64,000 nt of DNA. Source: a virus. The stretch spans positions 28,076 through 92,075 of the IMG/VR virus record IMGVR_UViG_3300005468_000016, one strand, 5' to 3'. This document shows positions 8,787-18,779 of the stretch, piece by piece (within the stretch, counting starts at the first letter, position 1; each line of letters starts with the position of its first letter). The notes under the pieces are model-generated. The model had not been told where the DNA came from. It saw only the letters and a list, made by a program, of their open reading frames with translations, and did no database searches. The position numbers were made by a program, and so were the translations under genes.

Positions 8787-10661
8787 GTGGACGGCGGCTC
8801 GACGCTTCAACCTGCATCCCTAGGAATCTCGCCCGGCAATGGGTTGGGAATGGGGAGCATGTTGCTGTCGCTCGATGCGTCGGTGGGCGTGCGACTTGGC
8901 GACGATGGCTTGCCGAAAGATGTCCTGCTCTGGCGCAACGGCGATAACCTCACCACCAAGGGCACGTTCAAACTCACCGATCGGTCGCGCAAACTGGTCA
9001 TGGCGGACTGGGAAGCGCGGATGGGCGGGGTCGTTTCTCCGTCTGGGGATGGTCCGGGTTCGTTCGACTTTGACCACGACGAGTTCAACGACAACCTGCC
9101 GGGCTATCAGAAGATCTCGGCGGGTTCGTTTCACCTCGCGCTCGACGGCAAAGACTTCTGGCTGACCGGCTGCGGGTTTACTGAACTCGCCGCTGGACAG
9201 ATCAAGAAGAAGGAAAAGCGCTCGACCTCGGGCGCTTTCTACTTTGACCCGAAGACCGGCGAATTCACGTCGCTTATCAACTGCGCGTTGACCAATCTCC
9301 CCGCCACCTACAAGCAACCGCTGCTCGCCAATGGCCACGGTCGCGCGGGGGTCGGCATCGTCTACGCCCCGCCCGATGGACCGCAAGAGGAACGGCGCGT
9401 CATCGTTCAGGTGCCGGCGCTTGTCTTTGCGGGCGATGTGACCGATGCGCAGAAGTTGGCGCTGTCGAGTGCGCTGGACTTGCTCGGTCAGGGGAAACTG
9501 GAAGACGCGGGTCGGGCGTTGCTCGGTGCCCCGTCTGAACCCGCGCCCGCGCCCATCGTCCCCGATTCTCCTGCGGCCCCCGCTGCAACCAAAACCTCTC
9601 CGGAGACCACCTCCATGCACTATCAGGACCCGAATTTCGTCGGCACCTACCACGGCTACATGCTCCGCTACATGGCCTCCTGCGATATGGAGTCCATGAT
9701 GACCGCGATCTATCTCAACGGCGAGTTGCCGAAGATGTCGGCGGCGATGGAACTCAGCAAGTACTGTGAGGCGCTCGCGGCCAACGTCATGCACTGCGCT
9801 GGGGCACTTGCCGAGTGCATGCAGAAGGGCGCCGAGGATGGCGATGATGAGTCGATGGACGAAGCCTCGCAGGCATCGCTCATCGCCAAGACCCCCGAGT
9901 CGCTCAAGGCCAAGGTCGAGGAAGTCCTTGCCGCATGCAAGGCTGCCAAACTCGGCGGACTTCTCCAGAAGGCGCACAAGGCGGCGCTTGCCGCGGTCGA
10001 TGCCAAGACGTTCGACAAGACGGCGCTTTCTGCCCTATCTTCGCTCGGCAAAGACCTCCCGACGATGCGCGCATCCGCGGTGCTGGTCAAGCGCGTGATG
10101 GTGTCGCTCGATGTCAAGAGCGAGGCCGAGATCATCCCGGCGCTCACCGACAAGAATACCCTGCTCGAACAGACCAAGCAGCAGGCGCTGACGGCACTGT
10201 CCGCGGCGGGTGCCGATGTCAAGGTCGCCCGCGCGACAGCCATCGCCGAGATGCTCAGCCACAAGCACAACGGCAAGGATGCGCCGCTCATCACGCCAGC
10301 CGATGCGCAGCTTGCACAGGGCCTGGACCCCGTTGAGGGGAAACCGACGGGCCTGCCCCCCTACTCACTGGAGGAATTGAGCCTGATCAAGCAGAGGGCG
10401 CTGGCGCGGCTCAATGGACAGGCGCAGGGCCAGAGTTCGGCGGTGGCTGGCTTGTCAGTGGCGCCAGTCCCGACGCCTGCACCCGCGCCGCTGCCTGGCG
10501 CCATTACTTCGACGGTCGGCAGTGACCAAGCCTTGGCGTTGGTCAAGGCCATGTGTCCCGACGTGAAACCCGAGATGGTCGCCGAATCGGTCAAGGCCAC
10601 GCTCAGCGGAACCCAGCCCCACTATCAGCGCGTTGGCCTAGCCATCGCGAGTCCCCAGTAA
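8787..10661 (+). CDS. Mu gpI-like prohead protease / scaffold (true start may be 8849 or 8858)
   Basis: 'FDFDH', 'TSGAFYFD', 'LINCALTNLPA' match the Mu-like protease pattern (DYEH...SPVF...ALTNxP); Ala-rich helical C-terminal half. Confidence 0.8.
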   Translation: MDGGSTLQPASLGISPGNGLGMGSMLLSLDASVGVRLGDDGLPKDVLLWRNGDNLTTKGTFKLTDRSRKLVMADWEARMGGVVSPSGDGPGSFDFDHDEFNDNLPGYQKISAGSFHLALDGKDFWLTGCGFTELAAGQIKKKEKRSTSGAFYFDPKTGEFTSLINCALTNLPATYKQPLLANGHGRAGVGIVYAPPDGPQEERRVIVQVPALVFAGDVTDAQKLALSSALDLLGQGKLEDAGRALLGAPSEPAPAPIVPDSPAAPAATKTSPETTSMHYQDPNFVGTYHGYMLRYMASCDMESMMTAIYLNGELPKMSAAMELSKYCEALAANVMHCAGALAECMQKGAEDGDDESMDEASQASLIAKTPESLKAKVEEVLAACKAAKLGGLLQKAHKAALAAVDAKTFDKTALSALSSLGKDLPTMRASAVLVKRVMVSLDVKSEAEIIPALTDKNTLLEQTKQQALTALSAAGADVKVARATAIAEMLSHKHNGKDAPLITPADAQLAQGLDPVEGKPTGLPPYSLEELSLIKQRALARLNGQAQGQSSAVAGLSVAPVPTPAPAPLPGAITSTVGSDQALALVKAMCPDVKPEMVAESVKATLSGTQPHYQRVGLAIASPQ

Positions 10662-10673
10662 GGAGAGGCGCCC

Positions 10674-11108
10674 ATGGCACTCACTCACGATCGCGCGAAT
10701 CCATATATCAATCCGTCGGACTTCCCCGGCGAGGAATACCAAGTTGCGGCACTCGGCTCCAGCTTTGCCGGCGGCATGGTCGGTCTGAACAGCAGCGGGT
10801 ATCTGGACAAACTGCCGTCTGGCAACACCATCGGCTTTCGGTTCCGGGGCCTGTCGCACCGCAACTGGGCGAATCCCACCGAAACCAATGGCGCATTCAT
10901 TACCCGCGTGGACCGTCCGCACATCATGCAGGGCCTCAAGGTCCTTGCGGGTGACCCGGTACTGCCCGCGGACCTCGGCAACGTGGTCTACGGCGCCGAT
11001 GATGAGACGATCGCCAAAACCGACGGCGGCGGCACGCTGTGTGAAGTCGGAATCCTTCAGAAGATCAACCTCGACGGCACGGTCGATGTCAAGCCGCTTG
11101 AGCCGTAA
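10674..11108 (+). CDS. Head decoration / cement protein
   Basis: 144 aa between protease and capsid; 'MALTHDR', 'ADLGNVVYGADDETIAKT' typical of Mu-like decoration proteins; AGGAG RBS. Confidence 0.7.
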   Translation: MALTHDRANPYINPSDFPGEEYQVAALGSSFAGGMVGLNSSGYLDKLPSGNTIGFRFRGLSHRNWANPTETNGAFITRVDRPHIMQGLKVLAGDPVLPADLGNVVYGADDETIAKTDGGGTLCEVGILQKINLDGTVDVKPLEP

Positions 11109-11132
11109 CCCCGTGATGGAGATATAGGAACC

Positions 11133-12146
11133 ATGGGCGCTCCTCCGAATCTGAATATCCCCATCCAGGGGAACACCAACATCATCAACAGCGTCATCGA
11201 TGTGCGCTATACCGAGGGCTTCGGGCAGGCCAAGCCCTGGATCGGCGAGATCGCGGACGAGGTCATGTACACCCGGGGCGCGACCGTCATCATGTCCTGG
11301 ACCGAAGAAGCCAAGCGGTTCAGGGAGTTCGATGGGGAGTTTCGTCTAGACCCATGGATTGTGGACGCGATCCAGACCACGGCCAAGCCATGGCAGTCAA
11401 ACATCGGCGTAGACCGCTACGAGCAGATCGAAAACGTCTACATGAGCATCATCTCGCAGGCCAAGACGTTGGGCCGGCAGGCGGCGCTCCTTCCGTGTGA
11501 CTGGGCGTCACTCGCCCTGCGGACGAATGGCAGCAGTTCCTCGCGCCCGTTCCTCTGGTACGATGGCCTGCCAGCCTTTTCAGAAACCCACCCGGTCGAT
11601 CCACGCGGCGTCATCGGCGGAACCTGGCGGAACCTCTACAAGGGCCTGCCCTTCACCCACCAGAACATCATCGATGTCTATCAGTCGATGTGCGTGGGCG
11701 TGGTCCTGCCGAACGGGCGCCAGGTCAACGTGCGGCCGACCAAACTCGGCGTCAGTGGCAAGTACATCATCCAGGCCAAGAAGTTCTGTGAGTCCGACCT
11801 CATCGTCTCGGCCATTCAGTCGTCGGTGATTCCGGGACAGCAGGCATTCGGTGCGGAGCGCAACCCCATCCAAGGGATGCTCGCCCCGGTGGTGATGAAC
11901 GAACTCACTCAGACGATCCGCGACGTGCCCGGCGAGCCCGATGTCTGGTACATGTGGGACGATTCCGTGGTCAAGCCGCTCACGGTGTACTGGATACTCA
12001 AGCCCTACGTGACGCCGATCGTCTCGGATACCGATGGTCTGGTGCGCACGACCAATACCTATATGTACCTCGCCGAGGCGCATGGCGTCTGCGTAGTCAA
12101 GGCCCCCTGGTACATCGCCCGCATCGAACCCGGCATCGGCCCGTAA
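11133..12146 (+). CDS. Major capsid protein, Mu gpT-like
   Basis: 337 aa; 'FREFDGE', 'WYDGLPAFSETHPV', 'GRQVNVRPTKL', 'WYMWDDSVVKPL' follow the gpT pattern. Confidence 0.85.
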   Translation: MGAPPNLNIPIQGNTNIINSVIDVRYTEGFGQAKPWIGEIADEVMYTRGATVIMSWTEEAKRFREFDGEFRLDPWIVDAIQTTAKPWQSNIGVDRYEQIENVYMSIISQAKTLGRQAALLPCDWASLALRTNGSSSSRPFLWYDGLPAFSETHPVDPRGVIGGTWRNLYKGLPFTHQNIIDVYQSMCVGVVLPNGRQVNVRPTKLGVSGKYIIQAKKFCESDLIVSAIQSSVIPGQQAFGAERNPIQGMLAPVVMNELTQTIRDVPGEPDVWYMWDDSVVKPLTVYWILKPYVTPIVSDTDGLVRTTNTYMYLAEAHGVCVVKAPWYIARIEPGIGP

Positions 12147-12162
12147 AGGAAAGAGGTCTACC

Positions 12163-13353
12163 ATGTCTATCGTTGCAGTTCAGACGACTTTCCCCGTCGC
12201 GGGTGATATGGACTCGGCCCCCACGCAGCTTGGTGGGCTGATTCCGGCCGTCCAACTCGTCCAAGGTTCGGGGCAGATCGCGGCCAGTGTGACCCAGGGC
12301 TCGGGAAGCGCGGTGATTAAGATCCTGCGCTGGAATCCGGGTCTTGTGGCTTGGGACTACGTCGAGGAGGGCGCCGAGAAACAGGTCGGCGTCGTGCCGG
12401 CGTCGTTTGCCCCCGCGGGCGATGTCACCGACACCAACGAGTTCGCGGTGCCGATCGATGCCTACTACTGCGCGCTTCTCACCACCGACCCGCCGAGTGG
12501 TGACGTCAACAACCTGACCGTGGACATCTCAGGTCAAGCGTCGGGCGGACTCACTCCGGACGTGCAGACGTTTACCGCCGATGGTGTGTGGATGAAACCC
12601 CCGGGCGCATACACCACTCTGACCGTCAAGGTCCGCGGTGGTGGTGGTGGTGGTGGCTCGGGCGCTCGGCGTCCGACGACTGCCGCGGGCGGTGGCGGCG
12701 GCGGCGGCGGGGCTTATTCCGAGATCACCATGCCGTTCGCGACGGCGCTTGCGAGTTATGTGGTCACGATTGGCGCAGGCGGAGCGGGCGGTCTTGGGCA
12801 GACGGCAGATGGCACGGATGGCCTGGCTGGTGGGTCCGGTGGCACCACATCCGCCGCGGCCTTGGTCACGGCGAACGGTGGCACGGGTGGCGGCGGTGGC
12901 GGCCTTGTCAATGGCGCGCAGGGCCTCGGTGGCTCGGGCACCTCGGCGGGCGGGAATGGCGGCGCGGGCGCGGTCACCAATGGCGCAACCGCTGCCACGG
13001 CCACGGGCGGATCGGCGGGTGGCGGTGGTGGTGGCGGATTCGACAGTGGCGGCCCCTCCTATGGCAATGGCGGCTTCGGCGGCTCGGTCATGCCCTACCC
13101 GGCGGCGGGCGGCGTGGGCGGCTCGGGGGCACCTTCGACCGCGGGCGGCGGTGGCAATCCGACCGTGGCGGGCGGCCCCGGAACCGGCGGTGGCGGCGGA
13201 TCGGGTTCGCTCGGTGTCGCGCCAGCCGGTGCGGGCGGCGGTGCGGGCATCTACGGCGCAGGGGGCGGTGGTGGCGGCGGAACGAACGACGGCGTGAATT
13301 CCGGTGCGGGTGGCAACGGCACGGCGGGTTACGCGGAGTTCATCGCGTCGTAA
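12163..13353 (+). CDS. Glycine-rich putative head fibre / virion protein
   Basis: Directly after capsid; 'VQTFTADGVWMKPPGA...GGGGGGGSG' Gly-rich phage domain; N-terminus paralogous to 40230-41783. Confidence 0.7.
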   Translation: MSIVAVQTTFPVAGDMDSAPTQLGGLIPAVQLVQGSGQIAASVTQGSGSAVIKILRWNPGLVAWDYVEEGAEKQVGVVPASFAPAGDVTDTNEFAVPIDAYYCALLTTDPPSGDVNNLTVDISGQASGGLTPDVQTFTADGVWMKPPGAYTTLTVKVRGGGGGGGSGARRPTTAAGGGGGGGGAYSEITMPFATALASYVVTIGAGGAGGLGQTADGTDGLAGGSGGTTSAAALVTANGGTGGGGGGLVNGAQGLGGSGTSAGGNGGAGAVTNGATAATATGGSAGGGGGGGFDSGGPSYGNGGFGGSVMPYPAAGGVGGSGAPSTAGGGGNPTVAGGPGTGGGGGSGSLGVAPAGAGGGAGIYGAGGGGGGGTNDGVNSGAGGNGTAGYAEFIAS

Positions 13354-13377
13354 GCACAAGACCGACAGGAGGAATTC

Positions 13378-13815
13378 ATGGATCTCTCTGCGATTAGCTT
13401 TGATTCGCTCTCTGCCATGACGGCGGGGCTTAGCGATCAGTGCGTCGGCATTGAGATCCCGTTATCTTCCTCTGTGGCTGAGTATGAGTTCGGCGATCAC
13501 AGCACCGTCACAGACCGCGGGATTCGCGAGACGTGGTGGCGGTGCTGGATCGTCGGCGGTGAGGCGGCCTGGACGGAGTATTTCGCGCTGGTTTGGCGGG
13601 AGACAACCGGTCTTACCATTCCAGCGAGTCCGGACCTCACGCCGTCTGCCATCAAGCAAGAGATGGTGCTGGTTCGCGGCAATGCCATCTTTCCCGAGTT
13701 CGTCCTACGATCGCCGCGCGATAAGCCATACGGCTATTACCGCTGGTCTGGGGGCGCTACCACGCTCCGGGCCGTGCGCGTAATGCCGCCACATGTCAAC
13801 CCGCCAGCCCTGTGA
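13378..13815 (+). CDS. Hypothetical virion-module protein
   Basis: AGGAGG RBS; co-oriented in the structural operon. Confidence 0.6.
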   Translation: MDLSAISFDSLSAMTAGLSDQCVGIEIPLSSSVAEYEFGDHSTVTDRGIRETWWRCWIVGGEAAWTEYFALVWRETTGLTIPASPDLTPSAIKQEMVLVRGNAIFPEFVLRSPRDKPYGYYRWSGGATTLRAVRVMPPHVNPPAL

Positions 13816-13821
13816 GCACTC

Positions 13822-15060
13822 ATGGGCTTCGCACTCAACCAAACACCACCGACGGGGGCGGACACGGTCTGGACACTCCTCCAGGTCGCGATCAATCCGC
13901 GGGCCTATCAACCCGTGGTGCCGCCGCCGTTTGTGTTTGATGACTGCGATTGCAACTGCTCGGGGCCTTGTCATCATCGCCGGCAATACTCGGACTGCGG
14001 GCCGTGTGGGTCTTACTCGCTGTCCTCGTTTTCCTGCCACGGGTCGCAGTACATGTACACCTGCGATCCGCCGGATTTCTGCCAGCCCTGCTGCGGCGGA
14101 TGGACGGTCAAGCAGTCGGGCGGCGGTGGCACGGGCGGGCAATACACGATCTGCGGACTCATCCAGAAGATGGCGGCGGATCTCGCTGTGCCGTTTTCAT
14201 GGTTCGTGCTTGAAGGCCCACCCTACGTGACCAGCCCCCGTCCTTCGGGTGGCGTGGTCTATCACCGGCAGTGGAAGATCCAGCGCGGGGCCGATAACAC
14301 CCAGTGGCGCATCTACTACAGCGCCCGCGCAGGCTTTACGGGTGGCACGCCGGGGCCGACGCAGACCCCGAGCGCGATCGATGAGCAGCCGATCTTGGGC
14401 GGTGGGACCGATGCAGCGCCGACCTTCGGGACGCTGCTGCCGCCTGATGGAACGTACCGCGCGCAGATCCACGTCTACGAGGATGGGCTCCAGCCGGGCC
14501 TGTACCTTGTGACCTATCCGATCGGCAGCGCCATCCCGAATGCCTGTTTCCTGATCGATTCCTTGGCGCCGGGCAGTTACCCCATGGATTCCTCGGGAGC
14601 CTCCAAAGAGCAGGACCCGATCGTCATCTACCAGCGCACCGGGGCCGATACGCTGCTCGTTTCGTCGCTCGCGAGCGAACTCTCTGGCCCCATGGGGTGG
14701 CTGAACTACACCTATACGCTGCCGCCCGCGCAGGCGTTCGTGCGGTTGCCGGCCACGTTCGACGCAGTCTTTGATGCGGGTGGCGTGCCGCAAGTCGTCA
14801 TTCCGCGGGGCCTGAACCAGGGCATTCTGGAGGACGCGATCGATACAGGTCGCGCCACCTACGTTCGCCGCGCCGCACTCGGGGGAACGACCGCGCGCAA
14901 GGGCGATGCGTCGGGGTGGTTATGGAATGGGATCGCGGGCATTGCGAGCGGTCAACTCGTCGGGCAGAAGACTGGCCATGGTGCGAATCCGTACTTTTGG
15001 GCGACCTTCGGCGATGTGTTGCTCCGCTGGGATGGCGTGACCAAGCAGGTGCTGACATGA
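13822..15060 (+). CDS. Putative structural protein with Cys-rich segment
   Basis: 412 aa; 11 Cys in 50 aa near the N-terminus; coupled to next gene. Confidence 0.7.
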   Translation: MGFALNQTPPTGADTVWTLLQVAINPRAYQPVVPPPFVFDDCDCNCSGPCHHRRQYSDCGPCGSYSLSSFSCHGSQYMYTCDPPDFCQPCCGGWTVKQSGGGGTGGQYTICGLIQKMAADLAVPFSWFVLEGPPYVTSPRPSGGVVYHRQWKIQRGADNTQWRIYYSARAGFTGGTPGPTQTPSAIDEQPILGGGTDAAPTFGTLLPPDGTYRAQIHVYEDGLQPGLYLVTYPIGSAIPNACFLIDSLAPGSYPMDSSGASKEQDPIVIYQRTGADTLLVSSLASELSGPMGWLNYTYTLPPAQAFVRLPATFDAVFDAGGVPQVVIPRGLNQGILEDAIDTGRATYVRRAALGGTTARKGDASGWLWNGIAGIASGQLVGQKTGHGANPYFWATFGDVLLRWDGVTKQVLT

Positions 15061-15542
15061 GCACTTTGGCCACATCGCCCGCCGCCGTCACTTGTCCGCC
15101 GCCGCTGACGTTGTCCAATGGGCGGTTTGCCTATGCGTGCGCCGATCAGGGACTGCTGCGCGGTGGATACCTGACGCCGCAGGATGTCCGGAACTTCGCG
15201 CTGCCCTCGCGCACAACCAAGGACATCACCGACAGCATCCTTTGGTTCCACTGTGCGGCGGTCTCCTCGGAATTCCGCGGCTACGCCCGCAAGCGCTACC
15301 GCCTGCCGCTCCTTTCGTGGGGCGCGGGCGTGGTGCAAAAGCTCGCCTTCCGGGCTGCTGGTTCTGCGCTCCGTCAGCGAGGGTTCGCCGAAGACGGGAA
15401 CGAGCATATCATGAAGGCGTACGAGGAGTCCGGACAGTGGATGGTGGATGTCCGCGACTACAAGATCGATGTCGATGTCCTTGAATCGCAGCCGATCGTC
15501 GGGACGCCGCGGGCCTCTTCGCTGCCTCTGAGGGGGTGGTGA
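15057..15542 (+). CDS. Head-tail adaptor, Mu gp36/DUF1320-like
   Basis: 'GYARKRYRLPL', 'AYEESGQWMVDVRDYKI' match the DUF1320 pattern (YL..RY.LPL...Y..A..WL..V). Confidence 0.65.
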   Translation: MSTLATSPAAVTCPPPLTLSNGRFAYACADQGLLRGGYLTPQDVRNFALPSRTTKDITDSILWFHCAAVSSEFRGYARKRYRLPLLSWGAGVVQKLAFRAAGSALRQRGFAEDGNEHIMKAYEESGQWMVDVRDYKIDVDVLESQPIVGTPRASSLPLRGW

Positions 15543-16021
15543 TGGGTCGGTTTGCTTCCATGCGCGGGCCGACCGCCCGGCTTGAGCGCTTCGCTGCTCG
15601 GCTCGATGGCGTGGTGGTGGCGGTGCTCGACCGCGTGAGTGGTGCCGCAGAAAAAGCGGTGCCTGGGCTTATCGAGAAAGGTTACGCGAGCCGGACCAGT
15701 CCCTACGGTACGCCCTGGCCGCAACCCAAGGCCGGCAACAAGCCCATGGAACGCAACGGCAAGCTGCGCAAGAGCTACGAGGTCATCCGCCTGGTCAGTG
15801 GCAAGCGGTGGATGGTCTGGGCCAGCAACAACGCGAGGTCCAAGGGCGGCGCTTACTACGGTGCCATCCTGCAAAAAGGCTTCCGGCATCACTGGGGCAG
15901 TTACGTCGCGCCGCGCAAGCAGGTCCCCGATGCGGGCAAGCTGCCGCCGCGGTGGGCCGAGCGGCTGCGGGATGTGGCCCAGCGCGAAGGCGATCGGGTT
16001 CTTGCGGGGGTCGGGCGATGA
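15542..16021 (+). CDS. Virion morphogenesis / tail completion protein (Mu gpG-like)
   Basis: 'SPYGTPW', 'GKLRKS', 'YGAILQKG', 'APRKQVP...LPPRW'. Confidence 0.65.
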   Translation: MGRFASMRGPTARLERFAARLDGVVVAVLDRVSGAAEKAVPGLIEKGYASRTSPYGTPWPQPKAGNKPMERNGKLRKSYEVIRLVSGKRWMVWASNNARSKGGAYYGAILQKGFRHHWGSYVAPRKQVPDAGKLPPRWAERLRDVAQREGDRVLAGVGR

Positions 16022-16713
16022 GCACGATTCATTCAGGACCGCCCGATCCGCCCGGCGAGCCGACCGATACCGGGGAGTTTCGTTCGCAGCAGAACGTAAC
16101 GCTCGGATGGGTGGCGGTTGTGGAGCAAATCATCCACGGAAATCCCGAACGCCCCGAGGTCCCGTCGCTTCGCACCATGTACGCGCCCGAGGTCGAGATC
16201 GATGGCCAGCGGACCATTACGACCTGGAAGCGCGGCGGGGTGGATGGTGCGCCCGTGGTCGGAGACGATCCGCCCGGGACCGAGGGCAACTACTTTATCG
16301 GCGAACAATACATTACGCTGAACTACTCGCCGCAGACCATCGTCTTTGCCCGCGCGCCCGTGCCGATTCTCTCGACGCCCACGCCGATGATTGGCTACCA
16401 CCGCACGGGCTACAAGCAAATCTACAACGCCATCTATACGATTCAGACCCGCGTCTGGGCATTCGACGATGACGATGCGCAGGAACTCTTTAACTACATC
16501 GTCGCTGCCACCTACGTGCAAACCGTGGGCAGTGCGCTCGGGTCGGTCTGGGAGAATCTGACCTACGCCCCGAAGCGCCCGAGCACGCGCGGCACGGTGA
16601 TGGAGTTTGGCCTGAAGGTGGGCGTGCCGGTCTTCCTGCCCCCGCTCACCCCTGCGCGCCCCTGCTTTATCAACCAAAGGACTGCGATATGTCGGCCGAC
16701 AAGCGACACCTAA
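16018..16713 (+). CDS. Putative tail terminator / neck protein
   Basis: Position between morphogenesis gene and sheath; ATGA coupling. Confidence 0.5.
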   Translation: MSTIHSGPPDPPGEPTDTGEFRSQQNVTLGWVAVVEQIIHGNPERPEVPSLRTMYAPEVEIDGQRTITTWKRGGVDGAPVVGDDPPGTEGNYFIGEQYITLNYSPQTIVFARAPVPILSTPTPMIGYHRTGYKQIYNAIYTIQTRVWAFDDDDAQELFNYIVAATYVQTVGSALGSVWENLTYAPKRPSTRGTVMEFGLKVGVPVFLPPLTPARPCFINQRTAICRPTSDT

Positions 16714-16988
16714 ACGAGCACGAAGCGAGCGCAGGACTTGCGCCGCCTCCGAAGAACGATCGCGGGGCGCCGTTCCATGATGCCAAGGCGGGCATTCGCG
16801 CGGCCCTTCGCCACAAACTGGGCCTTGTCGGCGTCGCACTCACCGATGAGCGTCAGTATCTGACCGACGAAGCGTTTCAGGCTGCGCTGGACAAGACCCT
16901 CGCGCACTCGCCGGAACTGCCGCAGAAGATCATGCCGATGGCGTCGCGCGGGATGCCCATGATGGCCGCCGCGAAGGGGAAGGAATAA
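16689..16988 (+). CDS. Small hypothetical protein preceding sheath
   Basis: AAGGA RBS; typical pre-sheath position. Confidence 0.5.
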   Translation: MSADKRHLNEHEASAGLAPPPKNDRGAPFHDAKAGIRAALRHKLGLVGVALTDERQYLTDEAFQAALDKTLAHSPELPQKIMPMASRGMPMMAAAKGKE

Positions 16989-16991
16989 GCC

Positions 16992-18767
16992 ATGAGCCTC
17001 GTACCGGCGATTACGCAGCAGATCCTTGACGGGGGCCTCGGGATTCCGGCGCCAAATCCTGCACTTCTCCATGTCGGCGTGGGCATCTCCTCGGCGGGCG
17101 TGCGCAACAAGGCCCGGCTTCAGGCGGACGTGGCGACCCTGGTTTCCACGAACCAAGCCGGGCCGCTCGTCACCAAGGCCGCGCACCACTTGCAGCGGGC
17201 GGGGCAACTCTGGACCGTCCGCACCAACACCTCGAACCCCGGTTCCATCGGAGCCGTGACCAAGGTCCCCGCGGGACCCGGGACTGGGATGCTCGCGGTC
17301 ACGCTCAGCACCTACATCATCCATGCCCCCGCAGCAGCCGGTGCGCCGCTCAACCTCGTGACGGGGTTTGTGCGGCTGCCGATTCCCGGCAAGATCACGA
17401 TCTCGCTGGCGGCGCCGGGTGTGGCGACGAGCTACACCGTCATCGGCAAGGATCTAGAAGGCAACGTCCAGACCGAAGTCATCGCACTGGCGGCGGCCCC
17501 AAGCACGAATCTCAGTGTGAACGAGTACACCGAGATCATCTCCATTACCACGCCGTCGGACCCGATGGGCGTCTCCAGTTTCACCAACGTCTCGACGACG
17601 CCGGTTGACAGCTACGAGATGATCTTCGAGGTCACGCAGTCGGGAAGCGTCGCCGCGCAGACGATGCAATTCCGCTACAGCATGGACAAGGGGCGGACAT
17701 TCTCCGCGACCTTGGTCGTGCCGGCGGGCGGGGCGTTGCAGGTGCAGACCTACGCGCCGGGCGGCTCGAACAACCCCTACCTCGGGTTCACTGTCACCTT
17801 TGCGGACGCCGCCGGTCCGGTATTCTTCGTCAAGGGCGACCGCTTCACCTTTGAGACGTTGGCTCCGACGTGGAGCCTGAACGATCTACTGACCGCGCTT
17901 GATGCGGTGGCGAACGACCCCGATGTGCGGCAACTCTACTCGGGCTTTCACGTCGTCGGGGCGGCCGATGGCACCACGTTCGCGGCGGTCGAGTCGCAGC
18001 TTCAGTCCTACGCGGACCAGAAGTTCCAGTACCGCTTCATCTACTTGGAGGCGGCACGGCAGGGCGCGGCGGTGGAATCGACCTGGGCGGCGTCCGTGGT
18101 ATCGAGTTTCAACGCGACAGGCGTGCGCACGGGCGTCGTGGCGATGGATGGCGATATCGACGACCCGAGCACGCGCACGTTCCCGCGGCGGAACCTGGGC
18201 AGCGTCTATATGGCACGGCTCATGTCCTGCCCGATCTCGGAACTCCCCTCGCACGTCAATTGTGAGACGGTCTTCGGGACCAAGACGAACCTGGAAGGCA
18301 TGGTGAAACTCTACCAGGGCGACGCCAGCAACACCGTCTTGACGCTCGCGAACATCGTGGCGTTCCGGACCTTCCCGACGCGCACCGGGTTCTACATCAC
18401 CCGCGGAATTCTAAAGACCCTGGAGACTTCGGACTATCGCGACATTCCGAACCGCCGGGTCATGGACACCGCCGCGACCATCGGGTACGACGCCGCGCTC
18501 CCGTTCTTGCAGGCGGAGCTTCTGGCGAATCCGACGACGGGCCAACTCGACCCGACCGAGGCGCGCAAGATCCGCGAGTACATCTTCGCGCAAGAGCAGA
18601 CGGTGCTACTCGGGGGACAGCGACGGCATGTTTCCGATCTGCGGGTGGACGTGAGCACGCTCAACCCGTTCCTGCGCGACCGCACCGTCAACACCACGAT
18701 CCGCATCGTGCCGCGGGGCGCTGTGGACTTTATCAACCAAGTCTACAGCTACGCGCCGACGATTTAA
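16992..18767 (+). CDS. Contractile tail sheath protein (DUF2586-like)
   Basis: 591 aa; 'ILDGGLG', 'FRYSMDKGRTFS', 'FRTFPTRTGFYIT', 'SDYRDIPNRRVMD', 'IRIVPRG'. Confidence 0.85.
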   Translation: MSLVPAITQQILDGGLGIPAPNPALLHVGVGISSAGVRNKARLQADVATLVSTNQAGPLVTKAAHHLQRAGQLWTVRTNTSNPGSIGAVTKVPAGPGTGMLAVTLSTYIIHAPAAAGAPLNLVTGFVRLPIPGKITISLAAPGVATSYTVIGKDLEGNVQTEVIALAAAPSTNLSVNEYTEIISITTPSDPMGVSSFTNVSTTPVDSYEMIFEVTQSGSVAAQTMQFRYSMDKGRTFSATLVVPAGGALQVQTYAPGGSNNPYLGFTVTFADAAGPVFFVKGDRFTFETLAPTWSLNDLLTALDAVANDPDVRQLYSGFHVVGAADGTTFAAVESQLQSYADQKFQYRFIYLEAARQGAAVESTWAASVVSSFNATGVRTGVVAMDGDIDDPSTRTFPRRNLGSVYMARLMSCPISELPSHVNCETVFGTKTNLEGMVKLYQGDASNTVLTLANIVAFRTFPTRTGFYITRGILKTLETSDYRDIPNRRVMDTAATIGYDAALPFLQAELLANPTTGQLDPTEARKIREYIFAQEQTVLLGGQRRHVSDLRVDVSTLNPFLRDRTVNTTIRIVPRGAVDFINQVYSYAPTI

Positions 18768-18779
18768 GGAGCCGCTCCC

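Noticed and set aside
12630-13330. PE-PGRS or collagen annotation of the Gly-rich ORF
   Set aside because: Low-complexity similarity only; no PE domain or strict Gly-X-Y periodicity.
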